Positions 13,260 through 27,189 of a stretch of DNA of 64,000 bases are shown here, in pieces. Origin of the DNA: Eledone cirrhosa (lineage: Eukaryota); NCBI GenBank assembly GCA_964016885.1, contig OZ024742.1, positions 145,328,001 through 145,392,000 of the forward strand, in the 5' to 3' direction. Under the pieces are notes generated by a model that was not told the origin of the DNA, searched no databases, and saw only the letters and a list, made by a program, of their open reading frames with translations. A program made the translations under genes and the position numbers. The stretch's first letter is position 1, and the number at the start of each line of letters is the position of its first letter.

Positions 13260-15219
13260 AGCCATTAAAGACAAAAAACAAGCATGGAAGGATTGGAAAA
13301 ATGAGGGGAGTAGAGACTGATACTCAGCTGCTAAAAGAGAGACTAGATGTCAGGTATACTTAGCACACAGGGAAGCTGAGAGCAGGAAGTTTGCCAATGT
13401 TCTGTGATGAGAGGATCAGAGATGTAAGGTGTTCTGCATTGCAAGGCAGTGTGTCAGTATAAATCAGGATGATGCTGGAGATAAGTGTGTCCAAAATGAT
13501 GCTGATGCTCAGAAAATGGAGGCCTGGAAATGTCATAATGAGAGACTGATGAATATTGAGAATGAATGGGAGAGAGAGAAACTACCAGCTATTGAGATTG
13601 ATGACCATAGAGTCAAAGAGGCAATTAAGGAAATGAAATGTGGTAACGCTGCTGGACCATCAGGGATAGTTGCTGAAGACTTCAGGAGAAGTAGGAACTA
13701 AAGTGGTTGCACGCATAGTCAATGAAGTTACATATGGCAGAGTCATACCCAAAGACTGATGCAGCAGTATTCTTGTAAATTGCTACAAAGTTAAAGGGGA
13801 TGTTCTGGAGAGGAGCAATTATTGGGGCATAAAACTGATGGATCGGGTTATGAAAGTGACAGAAAGAGTACTAGCACAACTAATTAGAGAAAGGATAAAA
13901 AGAGATGAGATGCAGTTTGGTTTTGTGCCTGGGAAAAGTACAACAGATGCCCTCTTCTTAGTGAAACAACTACAAGAGGTTCTTTGACAAGAATAAGCCA
14001 CTATATTTAGCTTTTGTTGACTTAGAGAAGGCCTTTGATAGAATACCCCAATCTGTCATCTGGTGGTCCCTAAGGAAACTAAGTGTAGAGGAATGGCTTG
14101 TGAGGACAGTGCAAGCTTTGTACAGAGGAGCTGTGAGAGTAGGAATTTTAGATACAAGTAGGAGTTCATCAGGGTTCAGTCTTCAGTCCACTCTTATTCA
14201 TTATAGTTCTCCAAGCCATAACAGAGGAGTTTAAGACTGGCTGCCATGGGAACTTTTCTATGCTGACGATCTGGTATTTATAGCAGAATCAGTAGAGGAG
14301 CTAGAGAATAAATTCTGGCTATGGAAACAGCAGTTGGAAGCAAGAAGACTGAGAGTGAACCTCGCAAAGACTAAAGTGTTGATAAGTAGGAAGGAGGAAA
14401 AAACTCTGATTACATCAGGAAAATGGCCATGTTCGATATGTAGAAAATGAGTTGGCATAGACTCTATATAATGTACACAATGCAGATCTTGGGTACACAA
14501 GAGGTGTAGTGGGATAGCAGGCAAACTAATAGGAAGGAAAAACTTCATATGTAGATGTTCAGGGAAATTTGATAGTAGAAGTGTCAGTGATAGGCACATT
14601 TTTCAAATGCAGGTAGGATCTATAGAGGTGGTTGTTAGCTTCCAATACCTAAGTGATCAGATTAGCAAGGGAGGAGGATGCTCTGGGGCCATAGTATCTA
14701 GAATATGGACAGGATGGAAGACATTTAGGGAGCTGCATCCTCTATTGACAACGAAGGGTTTCTCCCTACGAACGCAAGATCGATTATATGGTCCCTGTGT
14801 GAGTTGTGCGATGCTGCATCGTAGTGAGACATGGGCAACAATTGCGGAGGATATGCGACGGCTGGAGAGAAATAAGCAAGCATGCTCCGATGGATGTGCA
14901 ATCCCCAGTATAGACGAGTTGAGAGTGAAACTGTGTATAATAGGGATAAACTGTAGTGTGCAGGAGAGAAGACTGTGTTGCTATGGATATGCATGGAAGA
15001 TGACCGCTGGGTAAAGAAGAGCCAAGAAATCACTGTGGAAGGAAGATGCAGTAGAGGAAGACCACAAAAAACATGGGCGGAGGTAGTGAGAGCTGACCTC
15101 AAATCGCTGAAGTTCACAGAGGAGATGACGAGGGATCGTTACGAATGGAGAGATGCTGTGCTGAAGAGGACCCGTCCAACCATTGCAAGCAGAGAAAGCG
15201 GACGTAAAATGATGATGAT
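13260..15219 (+). mobile_element. RTE-clade LINE (RT with PHD-like Cys/His insertion), 5'-truncated and decayed
   Basis: FVDLEKAFD, QGSVFSP, YADDL, WPCSICRK...CTQCRSWVHKRCSG, RGRPQKTW; (ATG)n tail at about 15209-15219. Confidence 0.85.
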
Positions 15220-15322
15220 AAATATATATATGTGAGAGAGAGAGAGGGGGGGTCCTTTTAGATATTTGAGCTTTGTAAATAGTCGGCAATTAATTGTATG
15301 TGCCCGTAACTCCTAATAGGGG

Positions 15323-17680
15323 TGTAGTAACCTACATTCCGCGGGCTCACATACATTCTCTGTGCGTGATTTGGCTCAGTTCAGCCAATCAGCGCCAGTA
15401 GAAGAGGATGTATCCCTACGCGCCCGGAGGAAGAGATTCCCCGCGAAGATTTGAAGAATCTCTCTCTTGTACCAGAAACTTCGAGCCAGCAACACGAATA
15501 ATGTAACGGTGAGATATTGCACCCCAGCCTCGCCGGCTTTTCGGCGCAATGGCACATTCCCTTTTGTAACCTCTTTTTATCTGTAACTTCAACCATATAA
15601 GTAAACAAACATTGTTTGTACTACATCAAAAATAAACATACATTTCATCTCTAATTTCTGCTGTTGAAATCATTATTATGTTACTCGTGTCTCAATAACA
15701 TCTGTAATCCATGCTGCCGGAATTGGCGACCTGACGAAAGGAATATTGTAAATACTTAGATGGTAAATAGATCGAGGGACCTTCCCTCACGTCTATGTCG
15801 ACAAGATAATCCAGCGAGGATACTATCACTTACCACACTGGCAACTAACGACCCTTCAATCATCTACCCTGTTAAAGTGGCGACCACTGATTCTACCAGG
15901 ACGGCTTGTAGCTTTACCGACGCAACCACCATACCTTCTGTCTCGTTACCACAGGGACTCGAGAAATTGAGACAGTAGTTTTCTCACCATTATGGCGTCA
16001 GACGTGGCTGCCATGTTTGGTGACTGCTACTCTACAGAAGATTCTTTGACTTTGCTTTAACAATAAGCAACACAACCGTGTGGCGGGACGGTAAAATGGC
16101 CACGAAAACTCACAAAAACACCATACATCTAGCCCCTAACGGCATTAACAAACTTCTTTTTCAGTTTTCAGATAGAACTAGTGTCTGTACACTGGTGATG
16201 TGTGAACTATTTGACTTTGAAAAACTTTGAACTTATTGAACAATTTCTCTGCTCCCTTAGATTGACTTTGAATTATCAGTTTGTTACATTCACATATTTC
16301 TTTGTCGAATGCATTTACTTGTTTTGTGCTCTTTTGCTATTTGCTTGCTCATGGTATTTGTTCATTCACATTCTTTGCTGTTTTACATGCCTGCATATGC
16401 ACACATTTTTTTTATCACACACCAACATGTTCTTGGTATATTTTCTTCAAGCGTAATATTCTGCGAGTCCCTTTTCACCTAATCGAGGTGCTGTTACATG
16501 CTAGCAGCTCACAGAGCTTAATCCACTGGATTCAAACAGGCACCGCAACACGAGAATACTAATTGCAGCTGAACTCAAACAGCTTCGCATCTCGTTGCAC
16601 ACTGATCGTCCATGACGGCCATCCGTCTTGTTGTTTTTGCCCGACTCGCTGGGAAAGCAACAAATTGAACTGGACTTATCAGTATTTCGGCCACTTCTGT
16701 GGATTCGCCCGAATTATGGAATTTACACTGCAACCCACCTACAGATTAAACTTGCTTTTTTTTTTCTTTACAAAGCAACCAGCCATTTTTTTCCTGGCTC
16801 CACAGCACATTCGACAATAGATCTGGGGGCCATCATTTTCTCGCCAGCACTGGTAAACTACCATAATAGCTTCGTTCACAGCTACTGGTACAACGCTTAC
16901 CATTAACATTTAATGCAAGAACAGCAACTTCGCCCATGTCAGACTTTATCTGTTTTCTGGTAGGCCCTTGAGGGTCTCGTTTAAACAACAAAACAGCTAG
17001 TCATTTGACAGCGGCTCAACACGGCCCGTCGCGCCTAATTTTTTTTTGTTCTTGCATGAATCTTTCTACTCAATTATTCTTTCAGCATTTGTTCTTGCTG
17101 ATTCAATAATATGTGGGTCCTTGGTTTCTTCGTTATCGATTTTCGGCTGAAAATCTGTTCGGAGATGATGTAGTGACCTACATTCCGCGGGCTCACATAC
17201 ATTCTCTGTGCGTGATTTGGCTCAGTTCAGCCAATCAGCGCCAGTAGAAGAGGATGTATCCCTACGCGCCCGGAGGAAGAGATTCCCCGCGAAGATTTGA
17301 AGAATCTCTCTCTTGAACCAGAAACTTCGAGCCTGCAACACGCATAACCGAATCTGAGCTTTCCCGCGACTGGGACAAGCCGTGGTAAGTTGTTTACGCT
17401 CAAGAGACTAACCCCTTGGGAGAGGCTAAACACAGGTCAGAGGATATATCCATCTTTCTGAGTTGTTTACTCTTGGCAAACTAATCCCTTGGGAGACTCT
17501 AATCAAAGTTCAGAGGATATATCTATCCTAACTTCAACCCTTATAAATACAGGGGTTGTTTACGCCCCGACAGAAAAGAAGTGATATACAGACAAGACAA
17601 GTCGCATTTACAAGCTCTCGTCACGAAATAGCAGTCCGTCACTAATTTCCTCTCCTGCCTGGCTGATCGTTACTACTACA
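15323..17680 (+). mobile_element. Degenerate LTR retroelement / non-autonomous derivative
   Basis: About 175-bp near-identical direct repeats starting TGTAGT at 15323 and 17169; the second ends ACTACA at 17680. PBS-like TGGCGACC at 15724 and 15878; no intact internal ORF. Confidence 0.55.
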
Positions 17681-19049
17681 AGGAAATATACTGATACGCA
17701 CACACGCATTCATAGTTCACTGTTTGTATTTTCACACGCACCATTTCTGTTTGTACATATTGTATCTTTCGGATTCAGTACAAATTATATTATAATCGTA
17801 TTCTGTGATACTTGTATTTATGTGGCTCGAAGAGCCACCAAATTATTGTATGAATATTTTGTTATTGATTTTATCATTCAATATTCAAAATGAATATTAT
17901 TATAATAAAATAAACTTTGTAACAACAACCCTGGTATTTTTCTTTACATCGAAACCATACCAACAGTTACATCCACCCACTTATCGTTACAACCACACAA
18001 AACATTCCGTTACAGAGCCATCTCTCCAGATCTGAACACAGCCGATTTCTTCCAGTGAATAAAAGAGGAAGAATTGATCCAGTACTAGACTAGTACTTTT
18101 TCTCTCTTAAATCAACCATGAAAGAATGAAATGCAAAGTTGACCTCGACGACATTTGAACCGAACACAAAACACAAATCATTATCCCATGTTTTAACAAT
18201 TCTATTAATTTACCACCCAGCAACTCAATAGGATTGTTGTAACTGATTACTAAGATAAGGTCTAGCCTTTGGATGCAGTTAAAACAATGTTACGTGTAAA
18301 AGATGGTCAAAGATTGAAAGATCGAGAAATTGTAGCGAGAGTGTAAGTGTTACAAGGTTACTTCTTTGATACGTGTAGTGAATGGCACAGTTGAAGGATA
18401 CCAGATTTTCAAGAGGCCTAGATTATCTATTCACAAGTAGTAGTAGTCTGGCATGAAGTGATAATCAACTCGGCTAAATATGTGCCCTACTCCCAATCAG
18501 TTTCTTCTACAAAAATCAAGTGAATTGCTAAAACCTGGTAAAAAGCTACCCATAGTTTAATACTTGAAAGACATTTCTAATTGCTAAATTTTATGAAGAT
18601 TGATAAAAACAAGAATACATTTTTATAACTATTTTAATATATATTGTTTTAGAAATATAAATGTTAAAAAGCAGAGAGAAGACGGACATTTCTGAAATCT
18701 CAACATTGACATTTTAAAGTACAACGTCAACAATTGTTTCGTCAAGCTCACGCCTTGATGTAACAAACTTATGATCAAAAGGTATTCTAGCCATGACCGT
18801 CACCCATCATTTTTTTTTATACAGTACATTGCAGTACAGTTTATATAGTACATTGCCCAATATTTTCAAACGGTAGGATATGGTTTGGAAATGTTGTTGA
18901 TATTTCTAACAGGTTGAATGACAACATTGAGATTCGATGATACATCTGTTAACGTTTTAAAGAAGATATTTATTGTAAAAAAAAAAAAAATGTTAAATCC
19001 AAGTGTCTTTTGTGGTTATGAAAATGGAAGGGAAAGGCAAGGGCTCTAT

Positions 19050-19560
19050 GGTCACAGAAGAATTGGGGCAGAAGGGAAATTCGGAGGGAGAAGGGTTCTA
19101 GGCCTAAGGCGCGGTGGGATTTGAGCTGCACTCCGCGGACAAGACCGCAAAAGCATTCCCACAGACTATGGCCAGTGACACCCGCTGCAACAGCCACCCC
19201 ACCTCACGGGGTTCCTTTCTCAGACGGGCTGCTGACGTTCCGATCTTGCAGAGAAGCTCAGCAGCACGGGGTCAAATTACACCTTAGGTCTCCACGACGA
19301 CTGGTGCGAAGAGGAAGCGTTCGGACAATCCCCAGTATTTGTGCCCGAAGCGACTAAGCTGGAGACGGAGAGCATGTTACATGTGGCGTCCCAGATGAGG
19401 GATCTACCTCCTTTGAAAGGGAAGAGGGTAATTCCATTGGGCCGATTTCCGTCTCCGCAGTCGAGGCCTACCGGCTCCAGTTGTGATGAAAACCCAGCTG
19501 CGTCCAGACTCCTCAATATGTCGTTTTAAATATGTTGTACCGTGTCGCTTCAGATCCAAT
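19050..19560 (-). mobile_element. CRE-like RLE retrotransposon 3' fragment
   Basis: ORF 19277-19516 SQLEPVGLDCGDGNRPNGITLFPFKGGRSLIWDATC matches the RLE RPDG...L.WD.T motif. Confidence 0.7.
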
Positions 19561-19697
19561 GTTAAAATAAGGTGCTATGCTATTCATACAAGGTTTTAAT
19601 TGAACAGTCTCTCGATTCAAACTCCGAGGCATAGTGTGATTTCGTAACTAGTAATCTGTCCGGCTGTTTACGGTTAACCTTTTATACGAATGTAATG

Positions 19698-20001
19698 TAG
19701 TGGAAACTCGGTTCACGTAAACCTCTCATCACAAACAAATCAGTTCACGAACAATTTTTTCAGAACATTAGCCGTCTCGGTTCACGAATGGTGTCTCGAG
19801 TAACGAACGCGCAATCTGGCAATAAATGTTGGCAATAAGCTGGGAGTATCGGTGGGAAAGCGTCGCTTGCTGTGTAATTACTATGGTGATATCTATCCGA
19901 TTTCAGACCCACTGTATTTCAACATTTCGTATGAGAAAAATAGGTTCGGTTTACGAACATCCTTCAGGAGCTAATTAAGTTCGTGAACCGAGGTTCCACT
20001 G
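19698..20001. mobile_element. Tc1/mariner (Tigger/pogo-like) MITE
   Basis: Terminal inverted repeats (T)AGTGGAAACTCGGTTCACG / CGTGAACCGAGGTTCCACTG, with TA on the right side; internal repeats of GTTCACGAA. Confidence 0.75.
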
Positions 20002-21892
20002 TATTACATCAACATCAAGTCACACAGGAAGACGAATATCATTAATTTTGATGCCAATTGATGGGTTTGAGGAAAGAATTATTTTTGTCTTATTTGTTAG
20101 AATGAAGAGGCTAGGCAATTCTCAAATTTTTGTAGACATTTTTATTTTGGCGATAGATTAAGATTTTTTTTTTTTTTTTTTCGATAATTGCATAAAGTTA
20201 GAGTGGGTTAATGTTCAGTGGGAAAATTCTCGCAAGTCAGTTGCTGAGTAAAAAGATGAGCAAAAATAGTTATAAAAAAGATTTTTAGTAGTGAAGATAA
20301 AGTATTACATTGTATGGTTACTGCATCATTCCCGTGTATGCGAACTAATCTAGTGTGGGTTTTAAAATAATTTTCAATGGATTAAAGCCGTTCATGACTG
20401 AAAACAAATTTGTGCCACTAAAATATAAATGAAACTTATGTAGTTAAAATATTATAGGGAAGGGGGTTGAGCTGATACTTCCCACTAAAATATTTTAAAA
20501 AGGATCAATGTTAACCGTTACTAGTACTTAAGAGGCTATTTTATCAGATTAAGAGACCCTTTGGCTATACAAAATTTGTTAGATAAAATAGTGTCAAATT
20601 GATTAAGTAATGCTGTGTCAAGAGATAAATTCAAGAATATACTTGAATTTATCGTGTGTATTTTTAAAGACTAAATCTGAAACGTGTTTCTGATACATCT
20701 TTCTACGAATAATTAGGAATTTATATTGTATTGCTTCGAACGTAGTATACCGGTAGTATCGAACTTCAAATAACGAGGCGGTTGTATTTTCTAGATTACA
20801 TCTGATGAATTCTAGTTTTGAAGCATGAACATAGTACAATGCTTCTTACGGATTCTTCCAGAATTAAGTCAATTTCAGATTTATTGATGACTATGGCCAG
20901 AAAATAAAAAAAAAAAAAAATTAAAAATAAAAATAAAAAAATTAAAAGCTTCAAGATTGCCTCAACTAATGAATGGCTTACTTTCAGAATCTTTTGGGGG
21001 AAACCGCCAATGAATAGTGGAAAGTTTGTAGAAAGTATTAAACTGTAAAAGTTGGTATCTTCATTACAGATGTGCTGACTAAAATAAAATGTTAAAATTA
21101 TAGGAAAACCCCTGGTTTGGACATTATCAAGAGAGTTAATATTGATTTCAAATATAGAGAGCTATGACCGATTAGATCGATCCAGTAGTTAGCAGGTACG
21201 TATCGTATTGACCTTAAAGGGATAAAAACGCGATTTCAGGATTTGATCTCAGGACGTAAATGTCGCTGAGAAAATAACGATCCAGCCAACGAACCAACAA
21301 AAATATTGACTATTAATGAGGACTTACTTATGGACTTATCTGATCCCGTAATGATAACGTTTATCATTAAGGTGAACTTTTATATTTATTTACCTCTAAT
21401 AGTATGAACATCACCGATGACTCCTAATTTCTGTATACTGATTTCTAACGTTGGCACAAGATCACCAATTTTATGGAAAGGTGTAGTTAGTTAATTCTAT
21501 TTCATTAACCCCTAGAAGGATGAATTACTGCAGAATTTGAACTCAGAACGTTGAAATAAATGTAACTAAATACAAGCTATTTAGTTCGACGCTCTAATGA
21601 TTTGATCATCCTCTGCCTTAGCAACGATTAAAGTATATGATGATGAAAAGTGTTAATAGCCGATTGTGAAAATTAGTCTATTTCCATGGCAACTGATTTT
21701 ATTGTGTTCATCATTGCAATGAAATATAGTCAGAGTATATAGTATGTCTCCACGTCCTGAAGAAAATTTTTTACGTGATATATGAAGGCATACCTATCAC
21801 ATAAGTATATATATATATATATATACTTTGTGCGTGTATCTACACGTATTTGTGTATGTGAATGCGATAGTCTTCTAGAATCAGTGTTGTAG

Positions 21893-21983
21893 CTATAGAA
21901 TATCCTTGGCGGCTCTTCGCAAGACATTTACCACTTTGTCGATATCCTCAGGCAGATGCGTTCTATTTACTGCAATCCGTATA
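21893..21983 (-). CDS. SPTLC1: SPTLC1-like terminal coding exon (SIRIAVNRTHLPEDIDKVVNVLRRAAKDIL*)
   Basis: ttatag| acceptor; aligns to SPTLC1 C-terminus SIRVVVT..TEEELE...; TAG ends at 21893; minus-strand AATAAA at 21698-21703. Confidence 0.85.
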
Positions 21984-23248
21984 CTATAACGACAAATACA
22001 TTGATGTAAACAATTTTATCATGTAAAAAGCATTGATTTACACTTTGGTTTATTATATATACACATTCATGTATTATCTAAATTGAAGATATGCGTCAGA
22101 GAAATACATTTAATACGAATAAATTTTATACACACGATATAGCAAAACAATGATGTGAAAGTCAGTGCTATGCATTCGACAAGAGAGAAAATATACTATA
22201 GATACATTTATATAGGATTTATTTGATTGTCAAGGATATTGATTTTTAATAATATATTTTCTCTAAGGTTATACAAGCTGATAAATACTTAGACATACAC
22301 GAGTGTGTGTCCGTGAAACATATACAAGGTCCGAACACAAAAGAACCAAACTCCCACTGTCTCTGCATCCGTCTCTCCCGCTCTCCCCATCTCACTTTTA
22401 TGAACAAATGGGGGTACACGCGCTGGCCACCCGAGGCCCCGCCAGACAGAATGGAGAATGCGTTTCCTCGGAGGATGGTGAGGGAGACGCGCTGGAAGAG
22501 TCATTCCAGAAGTGGAGGAACTTAAGTTAAAGCTACTTTTCGTTATATAAAAGTTCTTTAATGATTATTATATCTGAATTATTCACGCGGTGTGTTTCTG
22601 GGTACATAAGCTGCACGTTATTCTCCAAACAACATTTTAAAATATTTTCAATATAAAAGTTCAGTTAATTGAAGTGTTCCTTTCTCAAGAGAATTTAAAA
22701 TGCCATCCTATTTCTCATTCATAACCTCACTAATTCTTACTCTTAAAATTAATTTACTCATACGAGCTAGAAAGATATATCTGGTGTGTAGAGTAATAGC
22801 CTCCTTTGTACATTTAATTTATTGAATTATTTTCAACAAAACACTACCATCATGCGTCTCCTTGGATTCTAGTTACGGCCAAATTTCAATAGACACTACG
22901 TATTTGAATAAAAAAGGAAATCCTGAATTCGCGGAAACTTACAATGGTGTCAAATCATTTAATAAAGTTTGCATGCTGCCGGGAATCGAGAGATATTTGG
23001 ACTTCGTTAAAATACACCAGTACTATCGTTTCCTCGCGGTAGCACACGAACCTATCCAGGTTTTATAACAATAATTGAATAAGAATAATGTGGAACTTAA
23101 TTTTCACCACCTGGCTACCGTTGGTTCCCGATTATATATTTTTATTTTTTCATATTTTGTTATTACCGATACTTCACATTCCTTACAAATATAATTGCGA
23201 AAAATTATAGTTAGTTTTAAATGAAAGTCTATCATTATATAGACTCAC

Positions 23249-23322
23249 CTTGGGTCTGGAAGATACCATTCCATGTCATTCAGGTATTCCGAAACAACCA
23301 GTGCCACACCTTCGTTCTTAGC
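23249..23322 (-). CDS. SPTLC1: SPTLC1-like exon (AKNEGVALVVSEYLNDMEWYLPDP)
   Basis: ctgcag|...|gtgag, 74 bp; aligns to human [24 protein letters not shown]. Confidence 0.85.
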
Positions 23323-24744
23323 CTGCAGAATATTAAAATAATATCTTAGAAAGTGTTAGGGTAACTAATAAAAAAAAATAAATAAATAAAAAAAAAAAAT
23401 AAAATAAAATAGACCTGACTGGGGAAAAATGCACATTGCCTGTCGACTTTCCATCGAGTATGACTAACTTTTCTCTCCTCTAAGATGCAGTGTCTTGCAG
23501 ATATGGGCTTCCACGATGAAGTACCAACATCAAATTTTATGGGGGGGGGGGGGGGGGGGGGGCTGACGCTTGTAGAATACGAAACCCACTGAATGTTTGA
23601 ACTAACAACATGCAAAAAGAAAAATGGCAAGATGGCCAAATACTACAAGCATCACAGGTTTCCTTAATATCTACTTACATACACATGTAAATCGTGTATA
23701 CACACACACTATCGGATATTCGTTCATTCATTTTTACAGAGATTGTGTTTTATACCACAGGGCGTCTAAACTTCACCCTCGCCAATCACAACCCAAGCAT
23801 GTACTGGGTTATATATCAGTAGCTCTCACGGAGAGAGAAAGACAGTGGTGGTTTCACTCAGATAAATAAGCGAGGACCATGAACAAAAGCCATAAATTTT
23901 GTTTTAATTAATAATAAAAATAATAATAATAGTTTCTACTTTTGGCACAAGGCCAGCAATTACCCATTGTATTACTAGTACTTTATTTTATGTAAGGCAA
24001 AAATTAACCTCGGCGGGATTTGAACTCAGAATGGCAAAACTATGCGTCAAAGCATGGCAATAATAGTAATAAGGGTTTCTGCTGTAAAAATTATTCAGCG
24101 AACTATTAACGCCTATAACCCTTTTGAGAGTGTGCGAGCATTTGGGAGGATATTTCTTATGAGACAAGATACCAGGTCCTAAAACCTGCAATAGAGGAGG
24201 CTCCGCTAAACGCACCTAAGAGATAACTTGTCAAACTGGACGACGAATTAAATTGCTCTAGCATTTCACTCGACTGCGATGCAACATCGTTGCAGTTTAT
24301 TTTTGCTTCTCGCTGGATTAAAAAAAAAATTAAATTACGTCTTTCTTACCACTGACATGTAGTTAAATTTTCTGAGTTACTGTTCAACATATAAAATAAC
24401 TATAAAAAGACTTTATTAGGTTTCTATGCCATTTAAACTGATTAATGGTGATATTACAAGTAATTTTCATTAACTTACTTGCTATTACAATTGCTGTTTC
24501 TTTCTTTAAATAGGTGCTCATTTTAAACATTTTTTTCTTCCAGTAATTTAGTATTGTTTTGCTGAGATATTCAGCCTTCAATCCAAATTTTCAATATTTT
24601 TCCTCAAATTTTAATCCAGGTTTTGGGTGTCTAATGTAAAAAAGCGAATGTTGTGTGTCTACGGTAATAAAATACGCAATTGTAAAAAAATTTTTTTCAA
24701 AATTTCGTCCGAAATATTTGTCGTTCCAAAAATGAAAGTAATGC

Positions 24745-25875
24745 CTACAAGCACTTGCGATGGACAATAGATGGGCCAGATTCCAAGTACTCTTCTTTGG
24801 TGATCCACATCTGCTGAAAGGTGGAAAGAGTAGCCAAGATGGAACCACCTATCCAGACGGAGTATTTACGGTCGCGGGGAGCAGTGATCTTGATCCTCGT
24901 GCTACGGGAAACCAAAGGAACGATTTCTTTCCGCAATCTATCAGCAATATTGGGGAACATGGTGTTACCTCCGGACATGACAATGTTGGCGAACAAATCT
25001 CTCCTGATATCAATATCACATCTCATGATGGAGTTGTATGTAGTCTCGTGGATACCAACAGATTCCATGCCCAGGAAGGAAGGTTGGAATAGAACCTCTG
25101 GACACCTAAACCTTCCATTACCGATGGTGATAACGTTACCATCAGGCAATTTGTAGATTTTTTCGAGAGTAGGGGAAGAAACGATAGACATTTCATGCTC
25201 GAAGTCAGTAGCAACATAACATAATTTCTCCTTGATATCACGAACAATTTCTCTTTCGGCGGATGTGGTGAAACAGTAACCACGCTCTGTAAACATTTTT
25301 ATCAGGTAGTCAGTAAGATCCCTACCAGCCAAATTCAAGCGGGTGGTAGCATGGGGAAGATGGTAACCTTCATAGACAGGAACAGTGTGGGTGACACCAT
25401 CACCGGAGTCAAGAACAATACCGGTGGTGCGACCTGTAGCGTACAGAGATAATACAGCTTGGATAGCAATATATACAGCGGGAAGGTCGAATGTTTCGAA
25501 CATGATCCGTGCCATCTCTTCTCTGTTAGTCTTGGGATTGAAGGGAGGTTCAGTGAGGAGAATTGGGTGCTCTTCGGGGTTTATACGAAGCTCATTGTAG
25601 AAGGTGTAACTCCAAATTTTTTCCATATCATCCCAGTTGGTGACAATACCGTGTTCAATGGGATATTTCAAAGTAAGAACTCCTCTTTTGTTTTGGGCTT
25701 CGTCGCCAACATAGAAGTCTTTGTGAGCCATGCCGACCAAGCAATCCTGGTGTCTTGCTCTACCAATGATGGATGGGAATACAGCACGGGGCGCATCGTC
25801 CCCTGAAAATCCAACTTTGCACACACCAGAACCATTGTCAACAATTAAAGCAGCATTGCTTTCATACATGTTCAT
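24745..25875 (-). CDS. Act: Intronless divergent actin (376 aa), nested in an SPTLC1 intron
   Basis: Full-length ORF with [53 protein letters not shown]. No introns; CCAAT on minus at 25985-25989; minus-strand AATAAA at 24412-24417. Confidence 0.96.
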   Translation of the reverse strand: MNMYESNAALIVDNGSGVCKVGFSGDDAPRAVFPSIIGRARHQDCLVGMAHKDFYVGDEAQNKRGVLTLKYPIEHGIVTNWDDMEKIWSYTFYNELRINPEEHPILLTEPPFNPKTNREEMARIMFETFDLPAVYIAIQAVLSLYATGRTTGIVLDSGDGVTHTVPVYEGYHLPHATTRLNLAGRDLTDYLIKMFTERGYCFTTSAEREIVRDIKEKLCYVATDFEHEMSIVSSPTLEKIYKLPDGNVITIGNGRFRCPEVLFQPSFLGMESVGIHETTYNSIMRCDIDIRRDLFANIVMSGGNTMFPNIADRLRKEIVPLVSRSTRIKITAPRDRKYSVWIGGSILATLSTFQQMWITKEEYLESGPSIVHRKCL

Positions 25876-26554
25876 GGTTTCAGTGAAATTCTACAATTAC
25901 CACAGTTGTTGCTTTCCTGTCTGAGTCTTTTTAAAATTGCCACGTTATTAGGAGTACCAAACACTATAAAGGCTACAGTCAGTGATTGGTTGGTGACGAT
26001 TATATTAATGACAGTTCAACGGAACACTAAAAAAAAAAAAAAAAAATCAATTCCTCGTGTTTCTTGATTTTTACAACAAAAATAAAAATGTACCCATCAT
26101 GTGAAGCGGACTGCAACGAGATCGAATCAAAGTCAATTGAAACGTTGCAACAAAAAATAGAAGCACTTTATCCAATGGGTTTCCGCAGTCTTCATCTACC
26201 GCAATCTACTTATAAAGCTTTGAGCGATTCAAAACTATGTTAGAAGACACTTATTTCACATATATACAGTGGAATAAATCTAATTTAAACACCGGTTACT
26301 AAAAATTGATTACGCTCATAGTCGTTGCATGTGCTCATAACCGGTTAAATCGACACGATTATAATGTTTTTCTTGAATAGTTGTAAGTATGAATTTTATT
26401 TTGATTAGCAGTATCCATTCAGTTGGTAAAGTAGAAAGAGAGGTTACATCGTTCATGCCTCTTTCAAGAACATTTCCAACATAAATAGTGTGAAACAGCT
26501 TCATCCGGGATTCGAAACTATTTCAAGGACTTTACTATTCAGGAGTCAGGTAAA

Positions 26555-26850
26555 GGCGCGTGGCTCGGTGTTTAGGGTGTTTGCTTTACAATCGTAGGGT
26601 TCAATTCCCGAACCACGCGGCGTGTTTTTATCCTTGATCACAACACTTTATTTCACGTTGTTCCAGTTCCCTCAGCTGGCGAAAAGGAGTTATAGCTGTA
26701 ATTCAAGGGACCAGCTTCGTCACATATTATGTCAGGCTGAATCTCCCTGAGAATTACGTTAAGGATGTACGTGTCTGTAGAATGCTCAGTCGTTTACACG
26801 TTAATTTCACGAGCAGGCAGCTCCGTTGATTGAATTAGTTGGAGCACTTA
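26555..26850 (+). mobile_element. Second tRNA-derived SINE family (CORE-like TCCTTGAGCAAG.CACTT domain)
   Basis: TGGCTCGGTG A-box, GGTTCAATTCC B-box; partial homologues at 49570-49745 (+), 44470-44536 (-) and about 31840-31930 (-). Confidence 0.6.
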
Positions 26851-27189
26851 TTGGAAAAGATGGCGCTCCAACATTCAGATGTCTACTTTTACTATACAAT
26901 GATCTTTAATTTGTGAAAATCTGCATTTTCTGCCTTGATATCCATAATGGGTGTTATCTTCTTGATTGGTCCAAATCAACCTAGTCGAGCAGACCTAGAA
27001 TCAAATACATTCCCACCGTGATCACTCCGTCTTTTGTATATTTTGTATATAGAGTGTCCAACCTATTTTTCCTTTACTAACCAAGATTTGGTTTTTATAT
27101 CTAGTAGATCAAACGAACTCTCTTTGGTCCGCGATATCTACCAATATGTAAGGAATGCGGCCGAGTTAACTTTCTAATATGGTCATAGA

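Noticed and set aside
22289-22530. GC-richer segment with short ORFs in the last SPTLC1 intron
   Set aside because: No recognisable motif, splice pattern or second copy in the window; cannot be assigned.
24760-25924. Plus-strand ORFs overlapping the actin gene
   Set aside because: Antisense shadow ORFs with no recognisable motifs.
25965-25970. TATAAA upstream of the actin ORF
   Set aside because: On the plus strand, the wrong orientation for the minus-strand gene; not called as its TATA box.
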